Counted from the stretch's first letter, positions 1 through 11,085 are shown. The stretch is DNA of 64,000 nt from Myxococcota bacterium (GCA_039030515.1 JBCCEA010000005.1:32001-96000); one strand, 5' to 3'. Notes: generated by a model from the sequence alone, not told the origin. Numbers and translations are program-made.

Positions 1-2025
1 CTGCGACCGCGATCGGCCATCGTGCAAGTCGACCGCAGCGATCTGTGGCTCGCCTCACAGCAGGACGAAGAAGCGCGCCAGCTCATGGACCGTGCATTTC
101 AGGAATCTCCTGCCGACATGGCACCGCTCTATTGGCTGCAAAGAGCCTTGTTCGATGAGGATCTATTCGAAGACTTTCGACTCGATGGAGCGCAGGTGCT
201 CGAAGAGTTCGAGCGTTCCGGGCGGCAGTACGCCGAGCCCCAAGTGCTGGTCCTCGACTATACGGTGACCCGCGTCTTCGAAGACGGTTCGATCATAGAG
301 CTCACCCACAACATCTTTCGTCTGCAGAGCGAAGAAGCGGTCGACGCCCACGGAGAGTTCCAGATTCCCGCTCGTGCCCGGCTGCTCCGCCTGCACACCA
401 TCAAAGCAGACGGCCGGGTACTGGAGCCGGATCCGATCGAAGGGAAGGACACGATTTCTCTGCCGGGTCTCATGGCGGGAGACTACGTCGAATACGAATA
501 TATACGGCTGCTTGAGCCGAAAGAGCGGTACGTCGACGGAGCAGCAGGGGAGCGATTCTACTTTCGCAACTACGAGACTCCCTTCGACCGAAGTGAATTG
601 ATTGTGATTCTGCCAGCATCGATGCCCCTCGACATCGACCCTCGCGGTGATGCACCGAGGACCCACCGCACCCTTGCTGATGGACTGCAGATTCTGAAAT
701 GGCGACGTGACGAAAGCCGCCCCCTCGTGCAGGAGCCTAGTGCAGTAAGCCCCAAGGAGTTCTTTCCTTCGATTCGATGGGGCAGTCGCGTCAGCTGGCG
801 TGCGATGGTCGACCACGCTCGGGATTTGCTCTCCGACAAAGATCCCTTCGACCCGGCGGCACAAAGACTCGTACGCCAGATCCTCCAAGATACGCGCGAC
901 CCGAGGAAGCGTGCCGAGCTGCTCTACAGCTGGGTGCTCACCGAAATTGAGCACAGCGGTGACTTCTTTGGAAACGCGCCGGCGATGCTCGCTGCCCGAA
1001 CCGGAGACCGAACACGGATTTTGAACTACCTGCTCAATCTGGCCGGCATTCCCAGCGAGCTGATCCTGGTGCGCAGTGCGAGCGACGACCCGACCCCAAC
1101 CGAGCTTGCTGACGAGGAACGCTTTGATCACGCCTTGCTTCGGGTGCGCCTGGAGTCGGAGACGGTCTTTGTCGATGGCTCACAGCGAGGTGCAACTTTT
1201 GGTGTCCTGCCGCCACACCTCAGGGCACAGCCGGCACTACGACTGCTCCCAAATGCGCCTCGCATTCAGGTACGTGCGAATCGCCCCGGGGAGGATCGAC
1301 ACCTCATAGAGTTGGACGTACGCCTCGGCCTGGACAGTTCTGCGAACATCGACGTGGTAGAAACCTATCGAGGCAGCGCAGCAGCGGCCTGGCGCACCGA
1401 CCTCGAGCGCATTCCTCACGCGGTATTGAACGACCGCTTTGAGCAGGCCTACCTCGCCAAGATGCTGCCTGGATCACACCTAACCTCGCTATCTATCGAC
1501 GGGCGCACCTCAGAGGATGCGTCGTTTCTCATGTCCTACGCGATAGAGCACGCGGACTTCGGTCGACAGCTGGATCACGCATGGGTACTGCCAACCCTGA
1601 TGCCGACACACGCCACCGCGAGATTCACTCCGATCGACCAGCGAACGACGACTCAGCTGGTGTCGTTCCCGGTCGACCAACAGTTGGAGCTACGCATTCA
1701 TCTTTCGGATCGGTCTGCCCTCGGGAACACTCGACAAACCGTGGAAGCGAGGTACCGAGACGCTCTGTTCCGCGAGGAATCTGAATGGAGCGAGGGAACG
1801 CTCATCATACGTCGCACCTTGCAGATACCCATCATGCGCGTGCCCGTTGAAGAGTATGGCGAATTCGCCGACTTTTGCCGTCAGATAGACGTAGCAGAGG
1901 CACGCGAAATTCGCATCGCGAGGCAACCCAACTCACAGGAGCGAGGGTCTACCAATCATGTTTCAGGCTCCGAGCACCTCCGGCAAACCGCTGCTCACGC
2001 CAACGTAGACGTGCTTCAGCGCTGA
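1..2025 (+). CDS. DUF3857/transglutaminase-like domain protein, 5' end truncated by window
   Basis: Frame open from base 1. Contains 'LPGLMAGDYVEYEY' (DUF3857-like), a transglutaminase-like core ('LYSWVLTEI...RTGDRTRILNYLL...FDHALLRV...FVD') and a C-terminal 'PVEEYGEFADFC'. Confidence 0.75.
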   Translation: MRPRSAIVQVDRSDLWLASQQDEEARQLMDRAFQESPADMAPLYWLQRALFDEDLFEDFRLDGAQVLEEFERSGRQYAEPQVLVLDYTVTRVFEDGSIIELTHNIFRLQSEEAVDAHGEFQIPARARLLRLHTIKADGRVLEPDPIEGKDTISLPGLMAGDYVEYEYIRLLEPKERYVDGAAGERFYFRNYETPFDRSELIVILPASMPLDIDPRGDAPRTHRTLADGLQILKWRRDESRPLVQEPSAVSPKEFFPSIRWGSRVSWRAMVDHARDLLSDKDPFDPAAQRLVRQILQDTRDPRKRAELLYSWVLTEIEHSGDFFGNAPAMLAARTGDRTRILNYLLNLAGIPSELILVRSASDDPTPTELADEERFDHALLRVRLESETVFVDGSQRGATFGVLPPHLRAQPALRLLPNAPRIQVRANRPGEDRHLIELDVRLGLDSSANIDVVETYRGSAAAAWRTDLERIPHAVLNDRFEQAYLAKMLPGSHLTSLSIDGRTSEDASFLMSYAIEHADFGRQLDHAWVLPTLMPTHATARFTPIDQRTTTQLVSFPVDQQLELRIHLSDRSALGNTRQTVEARYRDALFREESEWSEGTLIIRRTLQIPIMRVPVEEYGEFADFCRQIDVAEAREIRIARQPNSQERGSTNHVSGSEHLRQTAAHANVDVLQR

Positions 2026-2924
2026 GGTGGGAGGTACGAGGGCACCCACCAACAACTTCGTTTGAGCGACTCCGATTCGTCATCCGCCCAGAACTCTTCC
2101 AGTTGTTCCCAGCCTACCTTCAAGTCGAGATCTTCTTGTTCGAGTAGGTCGGGAAGTGAGCCACCCTTGAGACGCATTTCACGAAAAAGCTGAGCAGGGA
2201 TGGGGATCGCCTGAACAAAATGAATCGTGGCACACGATCGATCGGTGGATGATGAGAGATTCAAGCGGTGAAAGGCCAGGTTCTCAGGCGCTTGTAAGAG
2301 CAAGAAGTAACGGTATCTTAGGGGCAGTGCACCGAGGTGGATGAGGCTCCCGGTGGCGAAGGCCTCCGTATCTGGGTGGGAGGTCGCCATGGTTGTGGCG
2401 AGTGCCTGCAGCGCCTGAAGCAGGTCTTGATCGCGGGACGTTGCGTACGCCACAAACTCCAATCGGGGCTGAGGTCCCGGGCCCGGTTGAGGCAGGGCGC
2501 CCAGACCCACGGTGCCGTAAGAATATAGCTTTTCGGTCTTCGTCGATCCTGATGTGGTCGCTTCTATTCGGGTGGAGCGATGAATGGCGATCCAGTAGGG
2601 AGGCACGCCCTCAGCTCTGTAGCTGGGTTCTATGTCCTCTCGCAGGCTGCCCCAAGCGCGATCGTAGTGTTTTCGAACTCCAGAGCTGACGTCAGCAACC
2701 CGATCTCGATCGTTCGATTCGATGGTCTGCGGGGCAGAGAAGCTCTGTGGACTCAGAGAAGGCACCTCAAAGATTTCATACCCTGCAGTCTTCAGCACGT
2801 CTATTACTCCAGAAGCTAACTCGACTATGGCCGCGGCGGTCGGGGGCCCACTTGGGGATTTGGGGCCTTCATGATCTGCCCGGTGACGACTCGGGATCTG
2901 CTCGGCGACCAATCGCAAAGGCAA
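2016..2924 (-). CDS. Hypothetical protein, possible SUFU (suppressor-of-fused)-like domain
   Basis: 302-aa ORF. 'YSYGTVGLG...RLEFVAY' and 'IHFVQAIPI' resemble the SUFU pattern. Start uncertain. Confidence 0.4.
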   Translation of the reverse strand: MPLRLVAEQIPSRHRADHEGPKSPSGPPTAAAIVELASGVIDVLKTAGYEIFEVPSLSPQSFSAPQTIESNDRDRVADVSSGVRKHYDRAWGSLREDIEPSYRAEGVPPYWIAIHRSTRIEATTSGSTKTEKLYSYGTVGLGALPQPGPGPQPRLEFVAYATSRDQDLLQALQALATTMATSHPDTEAFATGSLIHLGALPLRYRYFLLLQAPENLAFHRLNLSSSTDRSCATIHFVQAIPIPAQLFREMRLKGGSLPDLLEQEDLDLKVGWEQLEEFWADDESESLKRSCWWVPSYLPPQR

Positions 2925-3280
2925 CTAGCACAAAAGGCGATCCCAAGTCGAAAGATACTCGTATTCACGGACTGCGAAGGCAGGCATCGTTTCATGTAGT
3001 CGCACCGAAGTTCGAGGCCCACATCCCCGCACTTCCTAGGTTTCTGGGCCAAAAGCTTGAATCCCTCGGTGTCGGAGCCCGACGACGTGCGGAGGAGCGC
3101 ATCAGGTAGGCGAGCAATTCATTTGAGGCCGCATCGCACCGCTTACTCGACGCAACCGACCGCTTCTCTAGCCCCGCGAGTCCTGCACTGGGCATGATCA
3201 CCCTCTCGCCGCAGATACTCCGGGCTCAACAGGCCAAAATGGGGCGTCAACCCAATGCTTCGCGCCGCCGGTAGAGGAAC

Positions 3281-3859
3281 TTACTGCTCGTAGCGCTGTT
3301 TTTGCAGGTAAAGACGCCGCAGTTCGTTAGCAGAAGGCGGATCTTTGGAAGGAGGCACCCGTTCGACCACCTCGATCTGCGCTCCACCGTCGGGCATGGC
3401 GCGCACGACCACGTCGAGTTTTACCTGACCGCCCCGAACCCCACGCGGTACTGCGTAGCGATACGCCGCTCCTTGAGCACCGATTTTCTCGACCTGACCG
3501 GTAAAGAGTCGTGGGCCGAAGTACTGCAGCACTTTCGCTATCGGAACCTCAGTGCGGTAGCGGTGCTTGCGACGTTCTTCCGCTTCAAGGCGGAGTCCTC
3601 TGGGCATCCGCAAACCCGCGATCACATCCGACCCCCCGAGCAACGCACCTTCGTCGTCATACGTCGGTCGGGCCGGCTCCACTGCTGCCGTTTCCTGAGG
3701 TTCGATCACTACGGGCAGCTCTTGAACCTCAGCTTCACTCGGTTCCGACCGACAACCGACCGCGCAGATCGCTGCAGCTACCACCAAAAGCCAAGGTGTG
3801 TACCTGGAACCTCCAACTTGGCGGGCCCAGGTGTGTCGATCGGAAGGGTCTTGCTTCAC
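3281..3859 (-). CDS. Putative lipoprotein at the end of the pilY1 operon
   Basis: Hydrophobic stretch plus lipobox 'AVGC'; 18 bp downstream of pilY1 on the same strand. Confidence 0.65.
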   Translation of the reverse strand: MKQDPSDRHTWARQVGGSRYTPWLLVVAAAICAVGCRSEPSEAEVQELPVVIEPQETAAVEPARPTYDDEGALLGGSDVIAGLRMPRGLRLEAEERRKHRYRTEVPIAKVLQYFGPRLFTGQVEKIGAQGAAYRYAVPRGVRGGQVKLDVVVRAMPDGGAQIEVVERVPPSKDPPSANELRRLYLQKQRYEQ

Positions 3860-3877
3860 TGAGCGTCGATTGTCGCG

Positions 3878-6800
3878 CTAGTCCACCGATACCGCAACGC
3901 TTCTGACGTTGGTAAACGCCGCGGGCGGCTCTAGGTCCTGGGAGAACTCATTCACGGTCCCTCCCGGCATGGAATTGTTGGAGTCGCCTCCAGAAAGCTG
4001 CGCAACCAGTCGAAAACGGGAACCGCTGGAACCGTTGACCTGAAAATGACTTCCGGTCGACGAAGCGACATACGGATCATTGACGCTCGCTCCGGTCACA
4101 CACGTCGGCTCTTGGGAAACCCCAACGCCCAGCACCACGGTGTTCTCGAGGTCGGTATTGACTGTTTCCGTCAGCGCTCCCAGGGAAGGCGCGGCAAAAC
4201 CGGAGAGACGATGCACTTCGATCGGGTCGCCGCTGCCGTCTAGCGACTCAAATCTGCCGACGGGAATCTCGCTGCCTGAGGGACTCTGCTCCTGAATGTA
4301 GTCGAGCCCCCACATGCGGCTTGCTCCAAAAGAACAGTAGTCCGTTGGATTGACAGCGCTGACGAAGGTTCCGAAGTACACCACCCCGTCGAAGTAGTCG
4401 ATGGGACCGGTGACGAGCTCTTGTGAGTCGAGGTCGAGTTTCCAGTTCACCGTGAGGTCGATAGAACCCGTAGGGGCGCCGTTTGAATCGAACTGCACTT
4501 CTTCTTTGAATGAAAAGATCCGATTGAACGTGGCCGCCGTATCGAGGCGATCCACATCGCCAGTGCCTACGATCACGATCGGATTGGACGCTTCATCCAC
4601 CGCGACCACTGGAGGATAAAAGGAGGACTGTCCTTCGGTAGCCGACCGCCCTGAGTAGAGGTCGAAGAGTCCGCTGACCGACCAGTTGGATGGGTTTGTG
4701 CTGGAAAGATCGAGGCGATAGAGAATGCCGTCTTCATCGGTGAAGTAACCCGAAGTCGCGATCGAACCCACCGCTCCCGAGTAGAGTGAAACGCTACCGC
4801 TCACCGGGGCGTGAAAGTTCCCTTCTTCGATGCGCGCAAGAGGACGTCCGGTCGCCACATCCAACACATACAGCGCTTTGCCGCTTCCGATGCCGCTCCC
4901 GTAGCAGCCTCGCTGGGAACGCGAAGCATACCCGTCAACGGTACCTGGATCTGAGAAATGAGACGCTGGCGGCGCACAGCCAGAGGTGTTGACTGCGGAA
5001 GAACGCCCCCCACCGACCACGACTACACCTCGTTCGTGCAGCTGGCCGTTGATCTCGACGAGCACCTGACCGATGGCGGGCTGCCCGTACGCTTCGCCCA
5101 TCGTCGGTGTGCTGAACTGCCACAGAAATTCGGGTTCCAACGGACTCGTTACATCCAACGCAAAATATCCGTTACCGCCCGCGCGAAAACCCATCACGAG
5201 CACCGTTCGGTAGTCGTTGGAGTCTCCGCCGCCAGCGTCTCGACCTAAGAAGACGTCCTTGACCATCGGGATGCCGTCTACGGTCCAGGTATGTCCCGTG
5301 GTCACCGCATCCAACTTGCTCAGGATCATCGGCGGGGCGAAGGCCCAAAGTTCCTCGCCTTCGCTCACCGACTGCACATTGCCGGATTGATCGGTGACCC
5401 CGGTGGTGTCTTCGGCAGCGATCGCGTGCAGAAGCCCGTCGTTCGTCCCCACGTAGACGACGATGGGACGCGTCGCCACGTGGGGAAGCTCGCGGAAATC
5501 ATTGTAGCTGTCGTCATCAATGCCGGATCCGGGTGGACCGACCACCGCAGGGGACGAATGGTAGATATCCCCAAAGTGGTTGTCTTCTCGATCGGGATGA
5601 TCCCCGCGAATCCACTCGACAATATCGTCTCGTTGACCCGTTTCGGACGGCGATAGGTTGAAGTAGTCGGGTGCAATGTTGGCGGCGGTAAAACTGACCA
5701 GCCCGAGTCCCCGCTCGAGTGCCGGATCACCCGGCATAGGCACCCCATAGTCCGCCGCGGTATCAACGGATCCCTCCATTCGACCTTCTGCAAGCCCAGG
5801 ATTGGTGGGTGTCACCGTCCAGATGTTCCGCGCGGCCGGATCCATCGCGTTGATCGTTTCGTGAAAGCGGTCGGAAGCGGTCAACGTCTGCTCCTCAACG
5901 GTGGTGCCGGAACAGCTAAACCGGCGTCGTTCGAGCACGCCTTCCCAGGGCGCATTTTCGTTTTCCGGAATCCGAAATCCCGAGTTGAACTGGTATTGCG
6001 TCAGACTTCCAGGCGAGGCGGTCCGGGAAAAAGCCGGTGACGTGCGGGTCGTGGTTCCGCGCGAAGCCTGAGATAGAATCGTATCCAATGCAGAGCGAAG
6101 GTCTGCCGCCGTCGATGCAAAGTATGCTTGGGTGGTGCCGCCGTTGAGCGCGATGCGATCGAGTTCATCGCGAATATCCGTCTCGCTCACGTTGAGTCCA
6201 ACCACGAAAAGCCCATCGAGGACTCCGGTGCACTCACCGCCAGACATGGCACAAAGGTTTGCCGCGATATCTTCCGGCAGCGGGTACGGACACTCGTAGC
6301 CGGCAAGAGTGCTGTTTTCGCAGAAGACAGGATCACCGCGCATGCTCGACCCGGGACGCCCGTCGGTCGTCAAAATGGCGTACCGCTCTCGGCACTCATA
6401 AAAAGGGTCTCCATCGGGAGCACCATCGCCGTCTGCATCCACTCCAATCGTAAATCCACTGCGAACGTCGTTATGAGTGGTGAAGTAGTATTCGATATCC
6501 GAGAGCAAACCCGCGATCGGAGTTCCACCGTACGGGCGGATCGCATCGAGCGAATCGGGCCCAGACATCTCTTCGGTGAGAGCATCCTGAATCTGCGTGT
6601 TGCGCAGCCAGTGATCGCTGGCCAGGGGATCCCCTGCAACTCCGGTAATCGGGTCTATCTGCAGCTCCGGCCCGACTGAGATAAGCCCACCTCCTGTTGC
6701 GGACTCGTTGCGAGCCCCGTTGTTGAGCGCATGCGGTTCGGAGCAGTTTTCAAAACCGTAGGTGGCCACGTTTCCGTACGACCATTCTCCTTCTTCATCA

Positions 6801-7435
6801 GAGTTCATGACCGGCTCACTGTTGTAGATAGTTTCGGTCATGACCTGCGGCTCACCGAGTCGAGTCGACATGGTGTCGAAGGTCATCAAACCAAACTTGA
6901 CCCGGTCTCGGTAGACATCGAGGATGCCGTCGGAGCTTTGAGGCTGGTTGAAATCGATATCGACGTGAGGAAGGTAGTAGAGATAGTCGTACGCGTCGGT
7001 CGCATAGCCGTTGCCGGAATCGCGCGTTTGGTGAACGGTCGATTGAAAAGGGCTCAGCGTGCCGGTCAGAGTCTCGACGACGGTAGACCATCGATTGCGG
7101 GTGTCGTCGGTGGTCGGCACGCACTCGATGCAGGCTGTGGTCACGCAAGCGCAATCGAGATCGCGTTCCATGGAACCTGAGGTATCGATACCCAGCATGA
7201 TGACAGGACGAATGTTCCGAACATCCGGACTCTGCGCCCGAGCAGAAGACGCAAAAGCCCCTAAAAGAGCGCCCAAAACCAGCACAAAAGCAGAAAGAGA
7301 CGTCAGATATCCCACGTAGCGCAGGTGCGGTGGGGTACTTCGAGCTCCGAGCACCCCCTTGCGCGACAACTGAGCTAAGCGAGCGAGCGAGCCGACCGCT
7401 GAGCGCTGTAGATTGTTGTTTTTCTTGCGCTCCAT
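3878..7435 (-). CDS. pilY1: PilY1/PilC type IV pilus tip adhesin (vWA domain + beta-propeller)
   Basis: Signal-like segment ending ARA-Q; MIDAS 'DTSGSM' and 'TDG'; propeller motifs 'FGDIYHSSP', 'YVGTNDGLLHA', 'GEELWAFAP', 'YFALDVT'. Start placed at ATG 7435 (7453 also possible). Confidence 0.9.
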   Translation of the reverse strand: MERKKNNNLQRSAVGSLARLAQLSRKGVLGARSTPPHLRYVGYLTSLSAFVLVLGALLGAFASSARAQSPDVRNIRPVIMLGIDTSGSMERDLDCACVTTACIECVPTTDDTRNRWSTVVETLTGTLSPFQSTVHQTRDSGNGYATDAYDYLYYLPHVDIDFNQPQSSDGILDVYRDRVKFGLMTFDTMSTRLGEPQVMTETIYNSEPVMNSDEEGEWSYGNVATYGFENCSEPHALNNGARNESATGGGLISVGPELQIDPITGVAGDPLASDHWLRNTQIQDALTEEMSGPDSLDAIRPYGGTPIAGLLSDIEYYFTTHNDVRSGFTIGVDADGDGAPDGDPFYECRERYAILTTDGRPGSSMRGDPVFCENSTLAGYECPYPLPEDIAANLCAMSGGECTGVLDGLFVVGLNVSETDIRDELDRIALNGGTTQAYFASTAADLRSALDTILSQASRGTTTRTSPAFSRTASPGSLTQYQFNSGFRIPENENAPWEGVLERRRFSCSGTTVEEQTLTASDRFHETINAMDPAARNIWTVTPTNPGLAEGRMEGSVDTAADYGVPMPGDPALERGLGLVSFTAANIAPDYFNLSPSETGQRDDIVEWIRGDHPDREDNHFGDIYHSSPAVVGPPGSGIDDDSYNDFRELPHVATRPIVVYVGTNDGLLHAIAAEDTTGVTDQSGNVQSVSEGEELWAFAPPMILSKLDAVTTGHTWTVDGIPMVKDVFLGRDAGGGDSNDYRTVLVMGFRAGGNGYFALDVTSPLEPEFLWQFSTPTMGEAYGQPAIGQVLVEINGQLHERGVVVVGGGRSSAVNTSGCAPPASHFSDPGTVDGYASRSQRGCYGSGIGSGKALYVLDVATGRPLARIEEGNFHAPVSGSVSLYSGAVGSIATSGYFTDEDGILYRLDLSSTNPSNWSVSGLFDLYSGRSATEGQSSFYPPVVAVDEASNPIVIVGTGDVDRLDTAATFNRIFSFKEEVQFDSNGAPTGSIDLTVNWKLDLDSQELVTGPIDYFDGVVYFGTFVSAVNPTDYCSFGASRMWGLDYIQEQSPSGSEIPVGRFESLDGSGDPIEVHRLSGFAAPSLGALTETVNTDLENTVVLGVGVSQEPTCVTGASVNDPYVASSTGSHFQVNGSSGSRFRLVAQLSGGDSNNSMPGGTVNEFSQDLEPPAAFTNVRSVAVSVD

Positions 7436-7475
7436 AATATGCCCCCAACCCATCTTTTGCCCCCTACCCCTGCAA

Positions 7476-8198
7476 TCATCGCGCAAACGGACCGCTGAAC
7501 CCGTGGGCCCGAGCATCCGATGCACCCTCGTGCGCGAACCGGACCACCGTGTCATCAGCCCCATCTCCATCGGAGTCGAAGTTGACCGACTGTTGGGTGT
7601 CGACCGGTAGGCGTGTGCGGCCACGCGCGGTCAAGGTCACGTTAAGAAATTGCAGCTGACCTAGTCCGTCGGCACGCCCACCCTGAACAACCGGGCTGAC
7701 GTAGTGATCGTAGACATCGATAACGTAAAATGGCTGATACGCGTGGTCATCTCCGAACGCCGCCAGTTCTATCGGCTCTTCGGTCGTTGCCGTCATTCCG
7801 ACGAAGTCACCTTGACCCAAACGATAGGATTCTCGGCCGGGCAGTAGCGGTACTTCGAAAGGCTCCGGGGGTGTGACCATCCCAACGCCACCTGCCTGTC
7901 GCAATCGGACGGATTCCTGCAGGGCGAAAAGCAAGGACGCTGGGCCATAAAAGTCGACCCATGCGGTTGCGGCATTGAGCGCGGTCTCTGCCACGTAGTC
8001 GGTTTGCAGTGCCTGTCTTTGATAGGTTGCCGCGCGCAACTCAAAGGCGGTTGAACGGATCGAGTAGTAGGCGGTTGCGGTGATCATCAGCAGCATCAAC
8101 ATCACGACCAGCATGGCGGCACCCTCTTCAGAGCGTGACTTTGATCGGACAAGCGACTTTGACGTCGACAAGCGGCCGCGCTTTGAAAGGCGGCGCAT
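7476..8198 (-). CDS. pilX: PilX-like minor pilin/pilus assembly protein
   Basis: 'EEG|AAMLVVMLMLLMIT' prepilin-like leader lacking Glu5; 'YVAETAL'; operon position. Confidence 0.75.
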   Translation of the reverse strand: MRRLSKRGRLSTSKSLVRSKSRSEEGAAMLVVMLMLLMITATAYYSIRSTAFELRAATYQRQALQTDYVAETALNAATAWVDFYGPASLLFALQESVRLRQAGGVGMVTPPEPFEVPLLPGRESYRLGQGDFVGMTATTEEPIELAAFGDDHAYQPFYVIDVYDHYVSPVVQGGRADGLGQLQFLNVTLTARGRTRLPVDTQQSVNFDSDGDGADDTVVRFAHEGASDARAHGFSGPFAR

Positions 8199-8242
8199 GG
8201 GCGTGTCGCGCCTCGACAAACCACGGAACTCCGATCGACTCC

Positions 8243-9436
8243 TCAAAACAAGTTACTCGCTGCTAGGTTCCTCAAAAAAATCTCCCCCCGCTCCGTTCGA
8301 ACGCGTGCCGCACCCACGATGTCGCTATTGGTTGGATCGATCGTTCGATATCGAGTCAGCGGCTCAGTGAAATCAGCTCGCGCTATGAAAGGAAAATACG
8401 GATCTTGTTCCGGAGTCCTAGCGGAGATGGTCGCGATCACACTGCGAGCCATGTGCGGTATGATGCCGGAATTGGTTTCGGAGTCTCCCGGGGTTGCGGG
8501 TCCATTGAGAACCGGCGGTGCGTCCGCCGCGATTCGTTCGTCCCAAACGATATCGATCTCAAAAGAGGCCGCGAACTCGAGCACGTATCGCTCTGAATCC
8601 GCAAAGGGAGTATTTGCACCTCCAAACTCTAATTCTTGTCGAACCAAGTAGGCAGGAACCGTCCCAAGTGCGGCTTGTGCAGCTCCAGCGCCCAGACCGA
8701 GTCGCCCGACCGAGCCCGGTGGCGCCGATTGAACGGACCACTGAATGCGCTCGATTACGGAAACCTCTGCCCCGTCCGCCAAACCCCCGGGACATCCGGT
8801 TCCTATCGGCAGGGCGGGCGTGAAGGTGATCGACGCATCGGCAGGATTTACAGCGGTAATTCTGGGGAAGAACAACCAGCCTTCACGGCTTCGGATACGC
8901 AAATATCTATTTTGGGTAAATACTTCCTCGAAGGCATCGGGGTTGACCGGATCGCCTAGATTCACTAGCCCGAAACTACGACGAAAGGCCTGCCATTGTT
9001 GCTGCAAGAAGATCGTCGTACCGGCTGCATTGGTTCCGACGGCGAGGTAGCGATCATTGCTGGAAAAACTACCCGTAAGCCGAAGCACGTCAGACCGGAC
9101 GACGTTCTCATCGTCGAAGGGGAGCTGATCGTGATCTCCCGTATCGGCGTCGTACTCGATGGCCTGTATGGGCTGCAGAGGATTCAGACAGGTTCGTTCG
9201 CGTGCGGTATTGGCCGTGCCAAGAAAACCTGCGCGGGCCACGTCTCGACGCAGCTGGGCAAACGCAAGCCGCACCGACTGTTGCACTTGAGCCACCCGCT
9301 GTTGCGTGAAGAAGTGACGCGAGGAGGCCGCGCTCACGTAGTACACCGACAGGACGGTGAACGCGCCGGCGATCATGGCGACCATCAACTCGGGTAGGGT
9401 AAAGCCTTCAGTTCTGCGAGACTTTGGGCGTCTCAT
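8243..9436 (-). CDS. pilW: PilW-like minor pilin
   Basis: Prepilin site 'G|FTLPELMVAM'; 'LRRDVARAGF'. Confidence 0.8.
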   Translation of the reverse strand: MRRPKSRRTEGFTLPELMVAMIAGAFTVLSVYYVSAASSRHFFTQQRVAQVQQSVRLAFAQLRRDVARAGFLGTANTARERTCLNPLQPIQAIEYDADTGDHDQLPFDDENVVRSDVLRLTGSFSSNDRYLAVGTNAAGTTIFLQQQWQAFRRSFGLVNLGDPVNPDAFEEVFTQNRYLRIRSREGWLFFPRITAVNPADASITFTPALPIGTGCPGGLADGAEVSVIERIQWSVQSAPPGSVGRLGLGAGAAQAALGTVPAYLVRQELEFGGANTPFADSERYVLEFAASFEIDIVWDERIAADAPPVLNGPATPGDSETNSGIIPHMARSVIATISARTPEQDPYFPFIARADFTEPLTRYRTIDPTNSDIVGAARVRTERGEIFLRNLAASNLF

Positions 9437-10035
9437 AGAGGCCACCAGCGGACAATGGTTGAAGCGGTGACGGCACGTAACTGCCCGCCAGGCCCGACTT
9501 GGGCATCGATGGCGGCTGGGTTTCCGGACGCGCAATCGTCGTAGGTCGCGTTGGTCAATCCGGCGAGGTTTGGGTCTGTAGATTCACGGATATACCAAGT
9601 GCGGGCTTCGACTCGGGCCGCCTCGTTGTTCCATACCCAGCTGGAGCAAATCTGAACGCAGTATCTCGGGTCGTCATTTGCGGGATCGACATCGCGTCCG
9701 AACCAGTCAAAGGCGTAGGACTCTACGTCGAGACCGATGCCCGCAACCCTCGGGTCCGGGACGGTCCAGGCGCATGCAGCCGCGGTCGCATCGAGGTAGC
9801 GCGTGTTGAGAATGGCCCCGGCATTGTTGGAGTTCCAGTTCAGTGCGTCACGGTTGATGCGTTCGATCCAAGTCCGGGTGATGTTGGTTGCAGTGGCGAT
9901 GCGACGGGCTTCCATGTTCGCACGGGTGGACGTGTTTTGCAGCCCGAGGATCCCCACAACACCTGCCGTCATGATTCCGATCGCCATCATGACCTCGATA
10001 AGCGTGTAGCCTTGGGTTGACCTCGTTTGCGTCAT
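9433..10035 (-). CDS. pilV: PilV-like minor pilin
   Basis: 'G|YTLIEVMMAIGI'; 4-bp overlaps with both neighbours. Confidence 0.8.
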   Translation of the reverse strand: MTQTRSTQGYTLIEVMMAIGIMTAGVVGILGLQNTSTRANMEARRIATATNITRTWIERINRDALNWNSNNAGAILNTRYLDATAAACAWTVPDPRVAGIGLDVESYAFDWFGRDVDPANDDPRYCVQICSSWVWNNEAARVEARTWYIRESTDPNLAGLTNATYDDCASGNPAAIDAQVGPGGQLRAVTASTIVRWWPL

Positions 10036-10691
10036 CGAACTACCCGCGCATCTGCGCCTAGAGGAATCACGACCTGACGCACGACCCCAACGAGCCCCTG
10101 ATCGGTCTCCCGCTGAAACGTAAACACTGCAGCGCCGTCCAGAGTCGCGTTGTTGGAGCCCAAAAAACGGGTGCCTGCATCCGTTGTTCCTGTTCTCCAG
10201 CGCGTGATGCCGTTGGGCTCAAAACAAAATTGCACTTCGTCTCCAAGTGCCGAAACAACCACGACGCGCTCTGCTGCTGCAGCGGTGAATCGGGGTCTGA
10301 AAAAAGAGCCGATGTAGGAGTCGTCTACACAGAAAAATCGATTCGAGCAGTCAGCCGCTGCTGCGGTAAAGATGGGCTGCCACGCATCGAGGTTGGCGTT
10401 GCAGCTGTTGTTGATGCCCGCGTAAAGGCGAAACGCGGGCGTACCGTCGCCCCAGTCTTGGTTGAAACGCAGCACGTGAGCGCGGCCCAACGCCATCGCT
10501 TCGGAGCGCCCTCGCCTGGTGAGTCGCACCACGTCTTGCGCCGCCTGTGCGACCCGCCGATCCGCCAAGGCGGCGCCGACAGCGGGAGCGGTGAGCGCGG
10601 CCAGAACCCCGATGATCACCACGACCACCATCAGTTCGAGCAGGGTGTAGCCAGCAACAGGCGTACGAGACCGCTTCGTGACAGGAGGCAC
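10032..10691 (-). CDS. fimT: FimT/FimU (GspH-like) minor pilin
   Basis: 'G|YTLLELMVVVVIIGVLAALTAP' and 'RRGRSEAM'. GTG start at 10691; the longer ORF call runs across the tRNA and is rejected. Confidence 0.8.
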   Translation of the reverse strand: MPPVTKRSRTPVAGYTLLELMVVVVIIGVLAALTAPAVGAALADRRVAQAAQDVVRLTRRGRSEAMALGRAHVLRFNQDWGDGTPAFRLYAGINNSCNANLDAWQPIFTAAAADCSNRFFCVDDSYIGSFFRPRFTAAAAERVVVVSALGDEVQFCFEPNGITRWRTGTTDAGTRFLGSNNATLDGAAVFTFQRETDQGLVGVVRQVVIPLGADARVVR

Positions 10692-10974
10692 GGGGAGGTT
10701 GTTTGCAAAGGCCGAACCAGGCTGGAGTAAGGAAAAAGTGCGGTGTTGCTCAGGGTACGTTGAGTGGAATGCCTCGAAACGCTGCGAAATAGTTTCAATG
10801 TTATGAATTTTTTTCATACGTAAATGTCTGAGTCGACGCACCTCTAGCGCCACTGTCGACACCATAAGCCCGCGGCGGCGTAAACCGACAGGCATGGGTG
10901 CCGCCCACCTCGAATGGATTAACCGGGTGTTCACTTGACGAGTCACGCTCCGCATTCTAACCCGCTGCGCCAAC

Positions 10975-11061
<87 letters not shown>

Positions 11062-11085
11062 GGGTCATTTTGGTGACCCATGACG

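Noticed and set aside
2992..3201. 69-aa ORF after the pilus operon
   Set aside because: No motif or other support.
10935..10963. Sigma70 promoter for the tRNA
   Set aside because: TTGACG is a good -35, but the -10 at 17-bp spacing (TAACCC) is too weak to call.
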